Positions 13,061 to 27,029 of a stretch of 64,000 nucleotides of DNA are shown here, piece after piece. A program made the translations under genes and the position numbers. Each line of letters begins with the position of its first letter. Position 1 is the stretch's first letter. The notes below the pieces were generated by a model. That model searched no databases. It was not told where the DNA came from and worked only from the letters and a program-made list of their open reading frames with translations. Origin of the DNA: Chiloscyllium plagiosum. Taxonomy: Eukaryota. The stretch is from contig NC_057718.1 in the NCBI RefSeq assembly GCF_004010195.1, positions 30,448,045 through 30,512,044 on the forward strand. The letters are read 5' to 3'.

Positions 13061-13429
13061 TTTTACATTCATAAAAAAAATTCTCAGTGATTAGCGACTG
13101 TGATTCCATAAAGGGCCTTCTCATATTATTGTACATCAAAATTACATTGACTTCTAATTGAAAGTACGTTTCCCTCCTCATCATGATGGAGTATTTCCAG
13201 CATGGATTTCTCCTCTTCTCCCACAGAAGTAACTTGGATATTCCCCATCATTCCCTTCATTAGCATAGCAAAATCATCTGAAAGAACTGAATCACCACTT
13301 TTGGCACCTCCTGAACATCAGGATAGTTGCACTGTCTTTTTTTGAGGGATGTTCAATTTTCTTCCAGTTTATACCATTTAATGTGAGGTACCACAGTTTA
13401 CCTCAGTCTTTTAATTTGTTTATGGAACA

Positions 13430-13890
13430 TTGGTGGGTGACCTGGTCAGGAAATATTACCTATCTCTAATTACCATGGAGATCAAGCCAGTGGTGATCTG
13501 CTAACTGAAAGTATTATTACATCATTTGGGTGTAAAACATCTACAGTGCTGTTAGGAAAGAAGTTAGATTGTTGTGACCTAGCAACAGTGCAGAAATGGC
13601 AATATCATTCCAAGTTAGGGTGGAGTGTAGCTTGCAGAGGAACTTGCAGGTGATGATACTCCTTGTATATCTGGGCTTGACCTTCTGGGTGGTGGAGGTC
13701 ATGAGTTGGAATATATTATTGTAAGAGCTGTGGTAAATTGCTGCACTGCCTTTGTAAATGCTTCGCACTGTCACCGGTGTGCATTGCTGGTGAAGACAGT
13801 TAATGTTGAATGTTTCTGAAGGGAGTACCAGTAAAATGGGTTGCTTTGTACCACTTTCAGGCTTCTCAAGTGCTGTTGGAGCTATCCATC
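13430..13890 (-). mobile_element. 3' fragment of the second CR1/L2-group LINE family
   Basis: Antisense match to the 3' region of the 39740-42305 element. Confidence 0.65.
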
Positions 13891-14408
13891 ACCCACTCCC
13901 GAGAGACCTAGGTTCAGGCCTCACCTGCAATAGAGGTGTGTAATAACACCTCTGAATAGGTTGATGAAAAGATCGACTCCTGCAGTTTTGCCCTAATTCC
14001 AATAAACTCAGTGCCCATAAGTAAATAAATATTACCTAATAGAGCAATTAGAATTCACCAAAATGCAGTTTCTAAGCTCTTAAATTTAAAAAATGACTCA
14101 GAAAAGGTTTAGAAACCACTATTAAACTGATTATGCACATCCATAATTATTTTTTATAAAATAATTTTCATTAACCAATCCATTTTCTAATCATCAACCG
14201 AATACAGACTAACTCTACTTTCTCTTTCAAATAGGAATATTCCTATTTCTAGTTGCTGTTTCTCAGATAGTAACAGCTATTTATTTCCATGTATGCTGCT
14301 TTTGTTTTGACATGAGGAGTTCCTAATACGACAATTGTCATTGTAATTATAAATTCATCAAATGCTTTTAAAAAGGATTGAGAGTCCATTCTCTAGTTCC
14401 TTTTAAAG

Positions 14409-14555
14409 TCTTTTGGGAAAACAGAAGAAGCCACTTCCTTAGCGAGGGGACATGATTTGGCAGATCTCCGTGATCTATCTAACATATCTCACATGCTAGT
14501 TTACATGCTGACGGATGAGATCAATCTAGAATTGGACCGTTGGAAGTGCTGGTTA
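14409..14555 (+). CDS. Candidate coding exon of unknown gene
   Basis: Acceptor 'ctagttccttttaaag', donor 'TTA|gtaagt' (alternative TG|gttagt at 14551). One open frame: SFGKTEEATSLARGHDLADLRDLSNISHMLVYMLTDEINLELDRWKCWL. No recognised homology. Confidence 0.22.
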
Positions 14556-15152
14556 GTAAGTTGAGCATATTTGATGAGAGCTGACTTGTGCTATTCACTG
14601 TCTTTGAAGCAGGTTTCAAATTTTTTTGAGTCTAAGGTGTACCCTTGAGTCTGTTCCACCATTCAGTAAAATCATGGCTTATCTGTTGCATAACTCAAAT
14701 TTATAAATAGCAACTGATTTGCATCCACTGTCATTTATGGAAGTGAGTTCCAAACATCTTCCATCCTTTGTATGTGGAAGTTTTTCCTAACATCTCTCCT
14801 GCACCCCTAGTTCTAGACTAGACTATGCTGTAGCCTGTTTCTCAACATAGCCAAGTCCACTGTTGCATAATATGCTGTAAATTCTTTATTTATTTGATTT
14901 CTTTTGTGTTTTGTGGACATGACACAAGGAATGAATGTCTTCAAAGACATAAGCTGCTTGAAATGGAACCAATAAATGGGAGGTGATTCCTGTCTTAGTA
15001 GAGCAAGTAACAGCTGAATGTATTTTAATACTATGTGAAAAGAATCCAGTTAATTGAAGTGTTGACTTTAAATGGTACAGTTCTTACTGTAGATGTTTCT
15101 TGTCGCTGACAGAAGAAAATCTTCAAACAATTTTGCTGACAACTCTTTGGTT

Positions 15153-15450
15153 TGGGGTTTGGTTAGGTCAGTTAGCTGGACAGCTGAGAAAGGGTTGCCA
15201 GACCCAAAATGTTAACTCTGATTTCTCTTCACAGATGCTTCCAGCAACTACTGTTTCTGTAGCTGGACAGCTGGTTTGCTAAATGGTGAGATGCCAATAG
15301 CATGGGTTCGATTCTACACCAGCTGAGGTTACCACCAAGGACTTGCCTTCTCAACCTTTCCCTTTGCATGAAATGTGGTGCCTCTCAGGTTAAATCACTA
15401 CCAGTCATCTCTTCTTATGAGAGGGCAATCCTATGGCCTAATAAGACTAC
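15153..15450 (+). mobile_element. tRNA-derived SINE (second family) with internal insertion
   Basis: Head 'gtttggttaggtcagttagctggacagctg', B box 'gggttcgattc', body 'accagctgaggttacc...tcaggttaaatcactaccagtc'. Confidence 0.75.
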
Positions 15451-15454
15451 ATAA

Positions 15455-15780
15455 AATTATAGAATCCCTACACTATGGAAGAAAGCCATTTAGTCCATCA
15501 AGTCCACACTGACCCTCCAAAGAACCTCCCATCCAGAACCACCTGCCTACCCTATCCCTGTAACAATCCATTTCCCATAGCTAATCCACCTAGGCTGCAC
15601 ATCCCTGTACACTATGTTTAGCATGGCCAGTCCACCTATGCATCTTTGGACTGTGGGAGCAATCCAGAGCACCTGGAGGAAACCAATGCAGACACGGGGA
15701 GAAAGTGCAAAATTCACTCAGTTGCCCAAGTCCCTGGTGCTGTGAGGCAGCATAGCTAACCACTGAAGCATTGTGTTGCC
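15455..15780 (-). mobile_element. HE1-like SINE
   Basis: 'gcatctttggactgtgggag...ggtgctgtgaggcagc', the same family as 9425-9745. Confidence 0.88.
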
Positions 15781-15962
15781 CTGTGGTGACTTTTTAACTC
15801 TTTAGTCTTTTCAGAGTCACTTAGGCTTTAAACAAAACATTAAGGCATTGAAAGATGCATAAGAAACTCTGTGGATAAATGTAATATTGTCATTAGGAAA
15901 TACATGCTGCTTTTTGAAAAAAACTTCTTTGAACCATTCTTTTTAAAAAGTAAACATTTCAG

Positions 15963-16048
15963 TCACTGGAAAAAGAAACAGCAAATAGATTCCATGAAAT
16001 GATTCGTTTTGGCAGTGTAGTAGAGGAAATTGCACTGTCTTGTCTATT
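15963..16048 (+). CDS. Candidate coding exon of unknown gene
   Basis: 'catttcag|' acceptor and 'TT|gtaagt' donor. Open frame SLEKETANRFHEMIRFGSVVEEIALSCL, phase-compatible with 14409-14555. Confidence 0.22.
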
Positions 16049-18299
16049 GTAAGTATGAAATACAAATGATAAGGAGGCCAGGCATCATCTGTGGACAAAG
16101 AAGCAGAATTAACATTTTGAATTCTGGGGTGTGATTTGTGACCGATTATATGTTAGCCCACATAACAGAAACCTCAAATAGTAGGGCTTTTGAAGTTTAT
16201 TTACACATTTGTAACTGTTTGTAAGTTTATTATATCATGCACAGTCTGGGTTCTGTGCATACTGATCTTGTTTCACATTGCACATGTCACCGACAGACTA
16301 AACTGACTCAATTGCACTAAGAATGTGATCGAAGGCAAGATGGGTATCTTTATACAAGAACATCACATCATTATGTCATGGAATTGTCTTAATGATATAG
16401 GCTTGTCTGGTCCGGATTCAATGCCATAAAATAGTTTGCAGTATGACTCTTTGGAACCTGGTCTAGCTTATTGTGCACTATTGTAATCAACTACATTAGT
16501 AATAGCAGTTCTGGAAATACTGTGCTTTTATCTCCCAAGTTTATTTTTAAAATGCTTGGCTTATAGTGAGGTTAAAAGTTAATCATATAGACTGCTGCTA
16601 CCAGCAACATGTCAATGCAGCTTGTATAAATAACAAGTTGTCTACTGAACCTTTGTTTCATTTTCTAACATCAATTATGGCACAATATTGTTGACTGCAA
16701 ATTACAAGATTACTATTCCATTTAATTTGGCCTTAATTATGATTAGAATGTAGATTGTGTGAATAATGTAGCTTTATTTAATATATTTGTAGTGATTTTA
16801 CATCCTTTGGACATTGAACATAAGATTAATTTACCTTCTAAATCCCAGGCCCTTCCTCAAAGCTTTGAAGCTTGAGATTGATTGTCTCCTCACCATTCTT
16901 TGCAATTCCTGGAGCTGTAATGTATTTACACTTCTGTACTCCCATGTAATGTTCCAGATTTTAACAAATAGAAGTACCACAAATTAAATCCTGCAGTGTG
17001 TAAGTTATAAATCACCATTTTAAAAAGGCTAATTGATCAGTAATTTATTAACAGAATCGCTAGAGGCCATTGTGTATGCCGCTGGGTCAAAGAGATCAAA
17101 TTCCACCCAGGATCCGTACTGAAGTAATTGATTCTTAGCTACGATGTGATGGTTGCAAAATTTTGCACTGCAACCTCTGGCTACAAAGGAAAACATCAGC
17201 TGGGTTCTAATTCTTGGTGCTCCAATTAAACACAATTAGAATCTCATAGATGCCCCTCACAGTGAGATAGTCAGTGTATAGAAGACCAGTAAAATAACTA
17301 CTGTGCTGAGGTACCAAATGATGTCCAGCCCCATCCCCTCTGCCATTGAGGTATGCCCCTACATGTGTCTACATTTTCTGGAAAAAGACAATAAAAGGGG
17401 ATTTGAATCGCTGTTTAGATTGGAAGTTGATTATTTCTGATTTTAATTAAAATGTAGTTCTGTTACCTTGTGAAAAAATCAGAATTATTTTCACAAATGT
17501 TAATTTTTTTTGTAATCTGGAGTATTACTGAAAATCAGTGGTGCTGTCCATAATTTTTGATTTGCATCAAAATGTGGTCACATATTTGCAGTAATTGTTT
17601 TAAAAATAAAAACAGCAATTTTCCTTTTAATATATACTAAATTTGGATTTATTCAATAATAATCTGTTTTCAAGTTAATTAGGTACTGTAGAATTAAATG
17701 CCATTAGAATACAACCCAGTCCCAATGTTCCAAAAATGCCCAGACACAATAGGAGGTATCTTCCCAGTGTTGTAATGATGTTGGCTATGATCATAAAGTT
17801 GGAAAGATCAAATGAGCAGTCTAGTGAGTAGCTTGTTGATATCTAGAGCAAAATGTCCATTTACCAGCAAAGCATTAAACGCGAGATCCGATTCTCACGA
17901 GTGAGCATCTGAAGTATCCATGATCTCTTCCTCAGTTAGAGGAGAACTGTCTTGTGGGACCGCTCTCTTGGCAACGAATGTCATGTTAATTCCATTCATG
18001 CCGACAGGAAATGAGCAAATGCATCATGTGGGTAGAGGTTGTGTCTTATTAAGAATATATTCACAGTGTGGGTAATGGGAAAGTAGTACAACAATAAAAA
18101 TGCTTCTTATTTGGTTGCTTAGACAGATTTTTCAGTGTCTCCACAGTCCTTGCCAGTGAGGGACAAGATCCTCCCTTTATACATGAAGGGACAAAGGGGA
18201 TAAGTGAGATGAAAATGCGTAGCATAGCTGTTAGTGCTGGTGCAAGTGAGGAAAATGTCAGGTATCTTGAGAGAGTTAATAGGCCATGCAGAGGCCATG

Positions 18300-18800
18300 C
18301 AGGGTTAATACTTTGGGGATTGGGATGGATAAGAGTGACTGAGGAAGCATGTCACATGCAGTGATAGACCATAAGCCTTGGTGAGAGATGAGTGCAGTAA
18401 CAAAGATAGTGAGGTGGCAGAAAGAAGGTGGTGGCACTTACCCTGACAGAGCAGAGAAGGCAATTGACCTTCTTCCTACACTGATAGGCATTTTTCGGGA
18501 CCATGGTGACCACTGACCCAAGTGGCAGCCTTGGACCAAGCTGGCAGGCTCTGGAGTTGTGGCTTCCCCTGCTAGTCCTGGGAGAATGGGATGACCCCAG
18601 GACCTTCAGGACCCCATCCACTAGCCAATGCATCAATTTACCATCTTTGAGACAGTTCTCAAGGACCACGTAAGGCAGCTTTGGATTGCAAGCACTTGAC
18701 TGAGTGCACAGCAGGCTTTTAAATTTGCAGTCAGTGCCAAAAGTCCTGGGAGGTTTGACAGTGACAGAGTACTTCTGCCCATGGCAACGAGGGGAACAGC
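18300..18800 (-). mobile_element. PIF/Harbinger relic, Myb/SANT-like DNA-binding ORF fragment
   Basis: PAWSKAATWVS in one frame, then AYQCRKKVNCLLCSVR followed by a gtaagt donor (18436-18441). Matches the Myb/SANT-like WxxVAxxVS...QCRKKxNDL motif. Frameshifted. Confidence 0.6.
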
Positions 18801-19939
18801 ATAAGCAGGGAACTGTATGCATGGTTAATGAGGTGAGTTTGGGATGATCATGTGAGAAAACTCTCCTGAATTCATACGGAAAAGGAAAATCTCCATGAAG
18901 CTCGACAACAGTTACAGTTATTTCATTTTTGATAAGATTCAACCCAATATCTACATCCGTTACATAGAAGTGTGAAACAAACCCGTTGTATTTATAGTCA
19001 GGCTGAGATAAGGTATAAAATTTCACATTAAGCCTAAGATAAGCTCTAGAATGTTTAAATCTTGAAGTGCCTTCAGGCTTTCATTGACATTTCCCTGGTC
19101 AGTACTCAACTCCAGAGTGCACCATTGATATATCAATGATAGGCACAGTAGAGCAGGAAATTAAATCACTTTTTTCTCCAAATCTCAGATTTGTGAATGG
19201 TACAGTGGAATAGCATACTTGAGGCCTAATGAGCTGTGCAAAGACATTGCAACCTATAATTTTGCACTTTGTCTTCAAAATGTGCACAGCATCATTTTGT
19301 TCCAGTCCATGACAGATTTCTTCCTTTTCTCCCCCTTTCTCCTGGAGATGGTGATATGTCCTGAGGCATTGTTTCTAATGTGCTGCAGAATGTCTGCATT
19401 CTTAGCAATTCTTTGAGAGATTAGACAACAGGGAATGTGTTTAATAGGCTATCTCTGCTGGGCTAGTTCTGAACCATTCACTATCTACCATGGGTCAGTG
19501 GACAGAGATTAGGCTTATTTTGGCTCCAATTGTGGTCCCACTGACATCTTTGCTGAAGTCGGTTAAGTCTGCACAGGCCAAGGATAAAAATGGAAACAGT
19601 TGAGAACAGTCAGAGTAACATTTCTGTTGGAGGCCTTTTAAGTGAATGTGAAAAAGAGATAATAGTTGTTTGCAAAAATACCAATTTGTATTGAATGGGG
19701 ATCCCTAATTTTATCGGTAAATAAATTTTTTTATATAAAGCTGGTAAAGGCATAAAATTGCTGATTAATGTGCAATGGTCATCTCCGAGTCTGCACATGC
19801 ATTAGAAAGGCAAAAGGTGACTTAAATTTATATGGTTTTCTTGCAAAAAATCTACTGATCTTCCTTAAAATTCCCAGCTAAGATGGTTCAAGCCCTTATT
19901 AATCTGGAGAAATACCATTAGAATTTTTTTTTTCTATTC

Positions 19940-20345
19940 AGTCAGTCATGGGCATGGCTGGCTGGCCACTATTTATTGCCTGTCCCTAGCTGCCCTTGAG
20001 AAGGTGATGGTGAACTGTCTTCTTGAACCGCTGCAGTCTACATGTTGTAGGTGGACCTACAATGCCCTTAAGGAGGGAGTTCCAGGATTTTGAACCAGTA
20101 ACACTGAAGGAATTGTGATATATTTCCAAATCTCGGTGAGGGGCTTGGTTGGGAACTTGGTGGTGTTCCCATATATCTGTTACCCTTGTCCTTCTAGATG
20201 GAAGTGGTTGTGAGTTTAGAAGGTGCTGTCTAAGGATCTTTGGCAAATTTCTTGGGTGCATTTTGTAGACAGTAATGGTGAACAATGTGAGTGCTTGTGA
20301 ATGTGGTACCAGACAAGTAGGTTGCTTTGAGCTTGATGATATCAA
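19940..20345 (-). mobile_element. 3' end of second CR1/L2-group LINE family
   Basis: Antisense to 41900-42300; translates to TGSKSWNSL...RFKKTVHHHLLKG. Confidence 0.85.
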
Positions 20346-23300
20346 TTTTCTTGAGTGAGAAAATATGCACCGCTGTGTTTGTCCCTGGGCAGCAAACCAC
20401 ATTGCACAGTATTGGTACTTCTGCTTTCTTTGACCTGATTAATATGAAATCAATGTTCATCCACATGGCAACATTCCACAACACTCAACTTTTTCATTAT
20501 ATTCACCATAGACTTATCTAACCTTATTGACATCACTTTAATAGACCATTGAACAAAAATATTCGAGACAACAGTTTCTAAGGTTGGTTAGTAATGTAAT
20601 ATACTATAAAATGAAAATTGTGGGTTCTGAGCAGAACAGATCATCATAGCCTGCTGTATCTATAGGATGTCTTCCCAAGTATTTCTTTCTGTTTTGGAGC
20701 ATTAACCTCTAGTTTCCAAATTGGAGCCGAGGAACCTCTGATTTAATAAACCATATCGCTCTGCACAATTAACACAGCAGGCTGCCCTCTGATCCATGCT
20801 CCTTCTGAGTTAGCAGTAATTCTTTTTCCCCTCCCTTGCCTAAAGATACTGAGGCCAATTGTAATAATCAATCAGCTGATCCTGATTGCTATTCTGTGAC
20901 CCCTGCTGGACAGTGCCTTTGTGCAGACACTGATGCATAACACTTGGATGACGTACCAACAGGATGTCTGGAGACCCGTATAACCCTGTAGTTTGGCACA
21001 TTCAGGAGAGAAAAGGGAGGAAAAAGTACTGCTAAGAATACAAATCTTATCTGTTGTTGCTGACACACAAACATGTTGACAAAACTGCTACTTGCAGTAA
21101 TATGAAGTTGGGAAAAAGATTTCAAGTAGCTTCTAGATTGATTTAATTGAAACTTGTAATTGTTCTTAGGCCACTAACCTTGCTTGATGTACTCATAATT
21201 GTTTATTTATATTGGCTGTCAGAGTTGGCAGGCCAAAGATTATTCCTCAATGCTAATGCACCTGAGGTTTGGAAGAAACAACTAACAAATTCAGGCTTTT
21301 GGATTTACTAATTACATTAAATGTGAACTGCTTAAAATTGTTCCAAAAAAAGTGACTTTCTGCCCTGACATCTTAATACTGCTGGAGGTATAATTCAAAA
21401 CAAACATCACCATCCCAGTATCAGGGCTAAAGTCATTCTTCAAATGAGTGTTATAGACTGTTTATTAACCCTGTTCCTTACTGATGTGTGAACCAATGAA
21501 CTATTCAATTTAGAATCCCTGCATGATAACTTCCACATGCTGCCCCTCCATATGCCTTTCGAGTATTTACCCCACCTGATGCCAGATAATCTGTTAGCTT
21601 TTTAATGTTCGATAAATATGGCATTTTTATTTGAACAGCTTTGCTTTCAAGTTACTTGCAAGTGGCACCATTCAGTTGAATTTTACCAGGACTCTGAGGT
21701 CCAATTATCAGGAGCAAATCGCAGGTGGTGACCCTTCTGAGGCAGGTAGTGCACTAAGACAAACAGGTCAACTGAGGGGTTGATCCTTGACATTATTCCT
21801 ATTTGAGGCTGCGGGATATGATCATCTCAATGACTGGGCAACCATGATGAGGGTAAATGGGCTCAGGAACTCCAGCAGCAGTCAGACAGGCCTTAAGGTT
21901 GGGGCGGGTGTTGGTGGCGGGGGGAGGGTGGTGAGTGACAGGTAGTGGCTTTTTCTGTGGCCAGGTGGTGTTATTGCTGTCAGGAACCCTACCTGGCCAT
22001 GGAATACCCAAAGAAAAGGCTCTCCTGTTCACCCAAAGCTTCCCAGGAGTAGCCAGGTTTCACTGGCTCCTGTTGCAGACTGAATGCCTGTAGAAGTAGG
22101 AATTGACCCTTAATTTGTCATTTATGTTTAGATTGAGTTCATGGTGGGTGATTGCTAGTTTTCCTGCAGCTGGCAAAATGGTGTGATGGCAGGAAGAGGC
22201 AGGCTAACTATCCAGCCTATTGTCAAAAGCTTGGTAAAATAGAGTAGTTGCAGATTGGAAAACTGCAACAGCGATTTTCCCCAGCCGCTGTGCACCCAAT
22301 CTGGGATAAACTGCTAAAGATGATGGTGAGTGAATTGATATAATCCTAACCACACACACCTGGTGAAAACTGGTTGGGTCATGAATTTAAAACCATCAGG
22401 TTATATACACAGCCCAAATCCTGACCTTCCTGATATTAACCCTCAAGGCTTGAACAAAGGCTGATGGGAGACTTGCAAGTTAAGAACCTATTGCAACAAT
22501 TGGGGTTGAAGCCAGGTAGAGCAAGTCTTTGCATTACCCTAAACCCTTTTATTTGTGTGACAGGCTGAGTTAATCAAAATTTATTATACAACCATTCTTT
22601 ATGTGTGAACATTGATGATGGAAGTTCGACACTGAAAAAGGGAAATTGTGTAGTTGAATTCAGTTTTGTTGTCAACCAGTTTCTATGCACTTTCTGGCAG
22701 GAACCGTCAGGTAGTGGACAGGATCTTGCTGCTTGTGTCCTTCATAACCCCCGGTGCTGAGGCTAATTATAGTGCCCAATTTGCTGCTTTTGCTGACATA
22801 GCAAACTGGGGATTAAACTTTGGACCTTATGATCTGTATGGCTCAGCTGTAAATTTGCTGCTTTATCAAAGGAGCCCAATTGTAGACTTTGGTCCTGAAA
22901 GATTGTTCAGTGGCTTCTAGTAAGAAACCAAATGTTCCATTGTAATATGATTCCTTGATTGAAATTGCATAACCTTAATAAAATTGTAATAAATCATAGT
23001 TTTTTAAAAAGTTAAAATCCCCCATTTTTTGAAAACAGAATTGTTTTTGGAAGAATTTTGTTCCTGAATACGTATGGTTGAGAAGTCTAAGACTTTTTTA
23101 AAGTAAGCAATATGTTGACAATCCACTGATCAAAATTTCAATGTAAAGGAGGAAAAGCTGTCTTCCAAATGAAGAAAAATATGGTAATTGATATTGGTCT
23201 CACATACAGTAGATATGGAGTTTTGCTTACATTTGTAATATACAATGGAAAATGAATTCTATTGTCTCAATTTTGCCCCTTTTTAGTTCTGAAAATTTGA

Positions 23301-23545
23301 GTAGCAAACTATGGAGACAGTGACTTTGAGTCAGGAGGGAACATGTTATTCTGAGATGTTGGTTAAAATGTGAGAAAAACAGTGCAAACCTTGTTTTGCT
23401 CTATCATTGTTTTAAAATACCAAAAAAGAAATTAAGATAGTTCTCAGTTAAGTAACGTACAAATTTCTATGGCCACCATGTTATATTTTAAGCACAATCT
23501 CTAGCACAATGCGATGGAAGATAATTCATGAAATTTACAAAAAGT

Positions 23546-23563
23546 GGGGGGGGGGGGGGGGGG
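23546..23563. repeat. poly-G run
   Basis: About 18 consecutive G. Confidence 0.9.
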
Positions 23564-25180
23564 CAGTTGCTTTGATAATTTGTCAGTAGCTGCAAGTTAA
23601 TGATGACCGAAAATATTGAACTTTTTTACACTTATTTAATACAAATACATCTGTGATCAAGATATAACCTTCAAAATAGACTGATCATATGGTTCTGTGA
23701 CCAGTAGCAATGTCATTGAACTCTGTTTTTTTCATTGTAATCCTATTACAGCAAGGATTCTTTCTATTTGGTGATCAAAGCTCTGTGGTGCTTTTATCTC
23801 AAATACAGTGAAAGCATTTTCTTGTTGAAGCTTCTTTCCCATTTTAACTTTCTGGGCATAGTTTGCATAGAAGCTTGAATAATTAGAACATGACAACTAA
23901 TTGGCTAGAGTTCTTTTCTTAAAAAAAGGCATGTAACTTAAACTAAAATTACAATCTAAGCTGTTGCTGCATTACTTCTAGTCAGTTATCTGAAAGGAAT
24001 TAAACGAGGCCAGTATGATGCTTGAGTTCTTTGGAAACAATTACGCTTAAACAGGCTCAGCAGCTCTTAGCTCTTACCACTGTAAAGAGCTCAGGTGACT
24101 TTAGACTTAAGAAAGCATTAAAGGTTAATTTTTATGTGGCTGCAAAGATCCTATCCTCCTTTGTCACTTGACTTATATTGGAATGGCCATATTGTGCAGT
24201 TTCAGTTGTGCGTATTGTTCGATGGTTTAAAAATAGCCTTCATATTCTTCAAGTAAACACATATTTGGCAAGATGCAATCTAGCAATTGACTGAAATTAG
24301 GGTATTATCAGTGCTGTTCACATTAACAAGGATGGGTTAGATTGTTGATGGGCAGACAATTGGAGGGTAATGGCAAGTAGTCAGGTAGGTAGAATTGAGA
24401 CCATAACCATGATTTTATTTGAAATAAAAAATAAACGCTGGCCCAGCCAGTGACACCATATCCCTGAGTACTTTTTTTTTTAAAATGTGCAGGCTCAAGG
24501 ATTGAATGGCTTATTCCTGCTGCTAATTCGTGTGTTTTCTCTAATATATTTTCCACTCCATCTATCTCGCTCCCTTTCCCATCTCTGGGTCAAAAGGTTT
24601 CTGCCTCTTGAAATTGTCTCAGTTTCACTCCCATCCCCAGGCACAGAGGGGACTCATCAACTTCAATGCACCTTCATGTTCCCCTGTGGTGTCCTGTCTT
24701 CCACTTTCTCTAACCCTAACCTCCACAGACTTGTGTGCTTTCAACTGCATTGGTAAGACCTCCTGTAGTCCTGTCCCCTGCTGCCTTGTGTGTCTCACTG
24801 CACCCCGCGCCTAGTAACCAGCCTCTCCTGCCTGATTCCCTTCTTTCCTCCCTTTCTTGAACTTGAGGTGCAGAGTCTAGCACTTATAGAGTCTAGCAGT
24901 AGTGCTTGCAGGGTCACAGGCCCAATCTCTCTCTCTGTGCCTCCCCTCTCCAGTTCTTTTTCTCCCCTGTTGTAAGGGCTTTAGGACCCTGGAGTGATCT
25001 TGTGATGTCACAGAGCTGCTCCTCATTGGACATCAGTAGCACATTGAGAGCAGGATTAAGAGAGAAAAAGGCAGAAAAAAACCCTCTAGACTTAGGCAGA
25101 AGCCTGAAACCTAGCCATGTCAACATTAGAAACACACATAGAGAAACGTGGAGTTGACTGACCAGCACTAGGTCATAGAG

Positions 25181-25490
25181 TTTAGATTAGATTCCCTACA
25201 GTGTGGAAACAGGCCCTTCGGCCCAACAAGTCCACACCGACCCTCCAAAGAATAACTCACCCAGACCCATTTTCCCTCTGACTAATGCACCTAACACTAT
25301 ATGCACAATTTAGAACGACCAATTCACCTAACCTGCACATCTTTGGATTGTGGGAGGAAACTGGAGCATCCGGAGGAAACCCACGCAGACACTGGGAGAA
25401 TGTGCAAACTCCACACAGTCGCCTGAGGCTGGAATCGAACCTGGGTATTTGTGCTGTGAGGCAGCAATGCTAACCACTATGCCACCGTGC
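25181..25490 (-). mobile_element. HE1-like SINE
   Basis: (ttaga)n tail; same body and head as 2582-2905. Confidence 0.92.
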
Positions 25491-26019
25491 CATGGAATCG
25501 TCTTTCAACATTGCAGCAATCAGAGTCTGGTACATCTCTTAATACCCATACTGTAGTTCTTAGACTTAAAAAAAAATAATGTAATACTGTAATAAACTGT
25601 CATGGAAAACCGAAGTCAGAATGCAGTTCTTGACCTGGTCGCCTTCTCAATCAGTCTGTCTTGAACCAAAGTCTTAAGACTTCCTACCTCCTTCTTCCCT
25701 CTCCTGCCCATCTCCTTTATTTACCCTTATTCTGCTGCCCACTGTCTTTCCCTGCAGTTCAATGAATTCTACCACTTGCATGCACTATAATTTTATTATC
25801 TAAAATTTATTTTTCTTAAATAGCCTCTTTCAGCCAAGCACTCCAGCAAAACTTGGGGTTTTGTTCACTAGGCACATCTATATACCTAGGTATTGCCTCT
25901 TAGATTCATGCACTTATGTATGTTCTTGTTTTTATATTTTTACATAATTGAAGTTATTGTACATAGACATTCTGCTTCTAGTAGGTCTAGTGGTAATGTT
26001 TTTATGACAATCCATCATT

Positions 26020-26825
26020 GAATGAATTGAATTGAATTTATTGTCACATGTACCAAGGCACAGTGAAAAGCTTTGTCTTGCGAGCAATACAGGCAGATAA
26101 CATAGTTAAGTAGCATAGATAATAAATAATAGATAAACAGCAGCAAAAACAAAAACACAGGTCCAGGCGAATGTTAAGAGTTTGAGAGTCCATTCAGTAT
26201 TCTAACAATAGTAGGGTTGAAACTGTTATGAAACCGGCTGGTGGGTGTGTTCAGGCTTCTGTACCTTCTCCCCGATGGTAGAGGTTGTAGGAAACATTGC
26301 CAGGGTGGAAGGGATCTTTAAGAATGTTGGCAGCCTTTCCTTGACAGCAGGCCTGGTAGATAGATTCTGAAGATGGGAGATTGGCCTTTGTGATTGATCT
26401 GGGCTGAGTTCACCACTCTCTTGAATGGTACAGTTGCCATACCAGCTAGTGCTCTCGATGGCGCACCTATAAACATTGGCAAGGGTATTCACCGTCATGC
26501 CAAATTTCCTCGGCTGCCTGAGGAAGAAGAGACATTGTTGGGCCTTTGTAACCAGTGCATCAAAATGAAGAGCTTGGTGTGGATGATCACTCCCAAGAGC
26601 TTGACACTCTCCACTTGTTCCATGTCTGTGCTGTTAATGTGTAGGGGGGTATGAGTAACATCCCGCTAAAAGTCAATAATGAGTTCCTTTGCCGGCATTG
26701 AGGGCTAGATTGTTCTCAGTGCACTATTTTTTCAGGTCTTCCACCTCCCGTCTGTGGTCTGTTTCGTTGCTATCTGAGATTCGACTGACTATGGTGGTGT
26801 CATCAGCGAACTTGTAAATGGCATT
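26020..26825 (-). mobile_element. Rex1/Babar LINE 3' portion
   Basis: Antisense AIYKFADDTTIVSRISD, YRCAIES...WYGNCT. (gaatt)n tail followed by 'tttattgtcacatg'. Confidence 0.85.
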
Positions 26826-27029
26826 AAACAGAGCTTATTGAAAAATCACAACAGAGTCAAATTGTCCACATGTCTTCAATCAGTTAATATTCCACAATGT
26901 AAAGTGATAAGATCTTTGTGTTCAAATGTGTCAATGAAAATTAATTGCTTTCATCAAACAAAAGTGCCTTTTCAATGTTCTCCCATAACCTACCATTCCT
27001 GATGGTTTATACCATTAATCCAAAATAAC

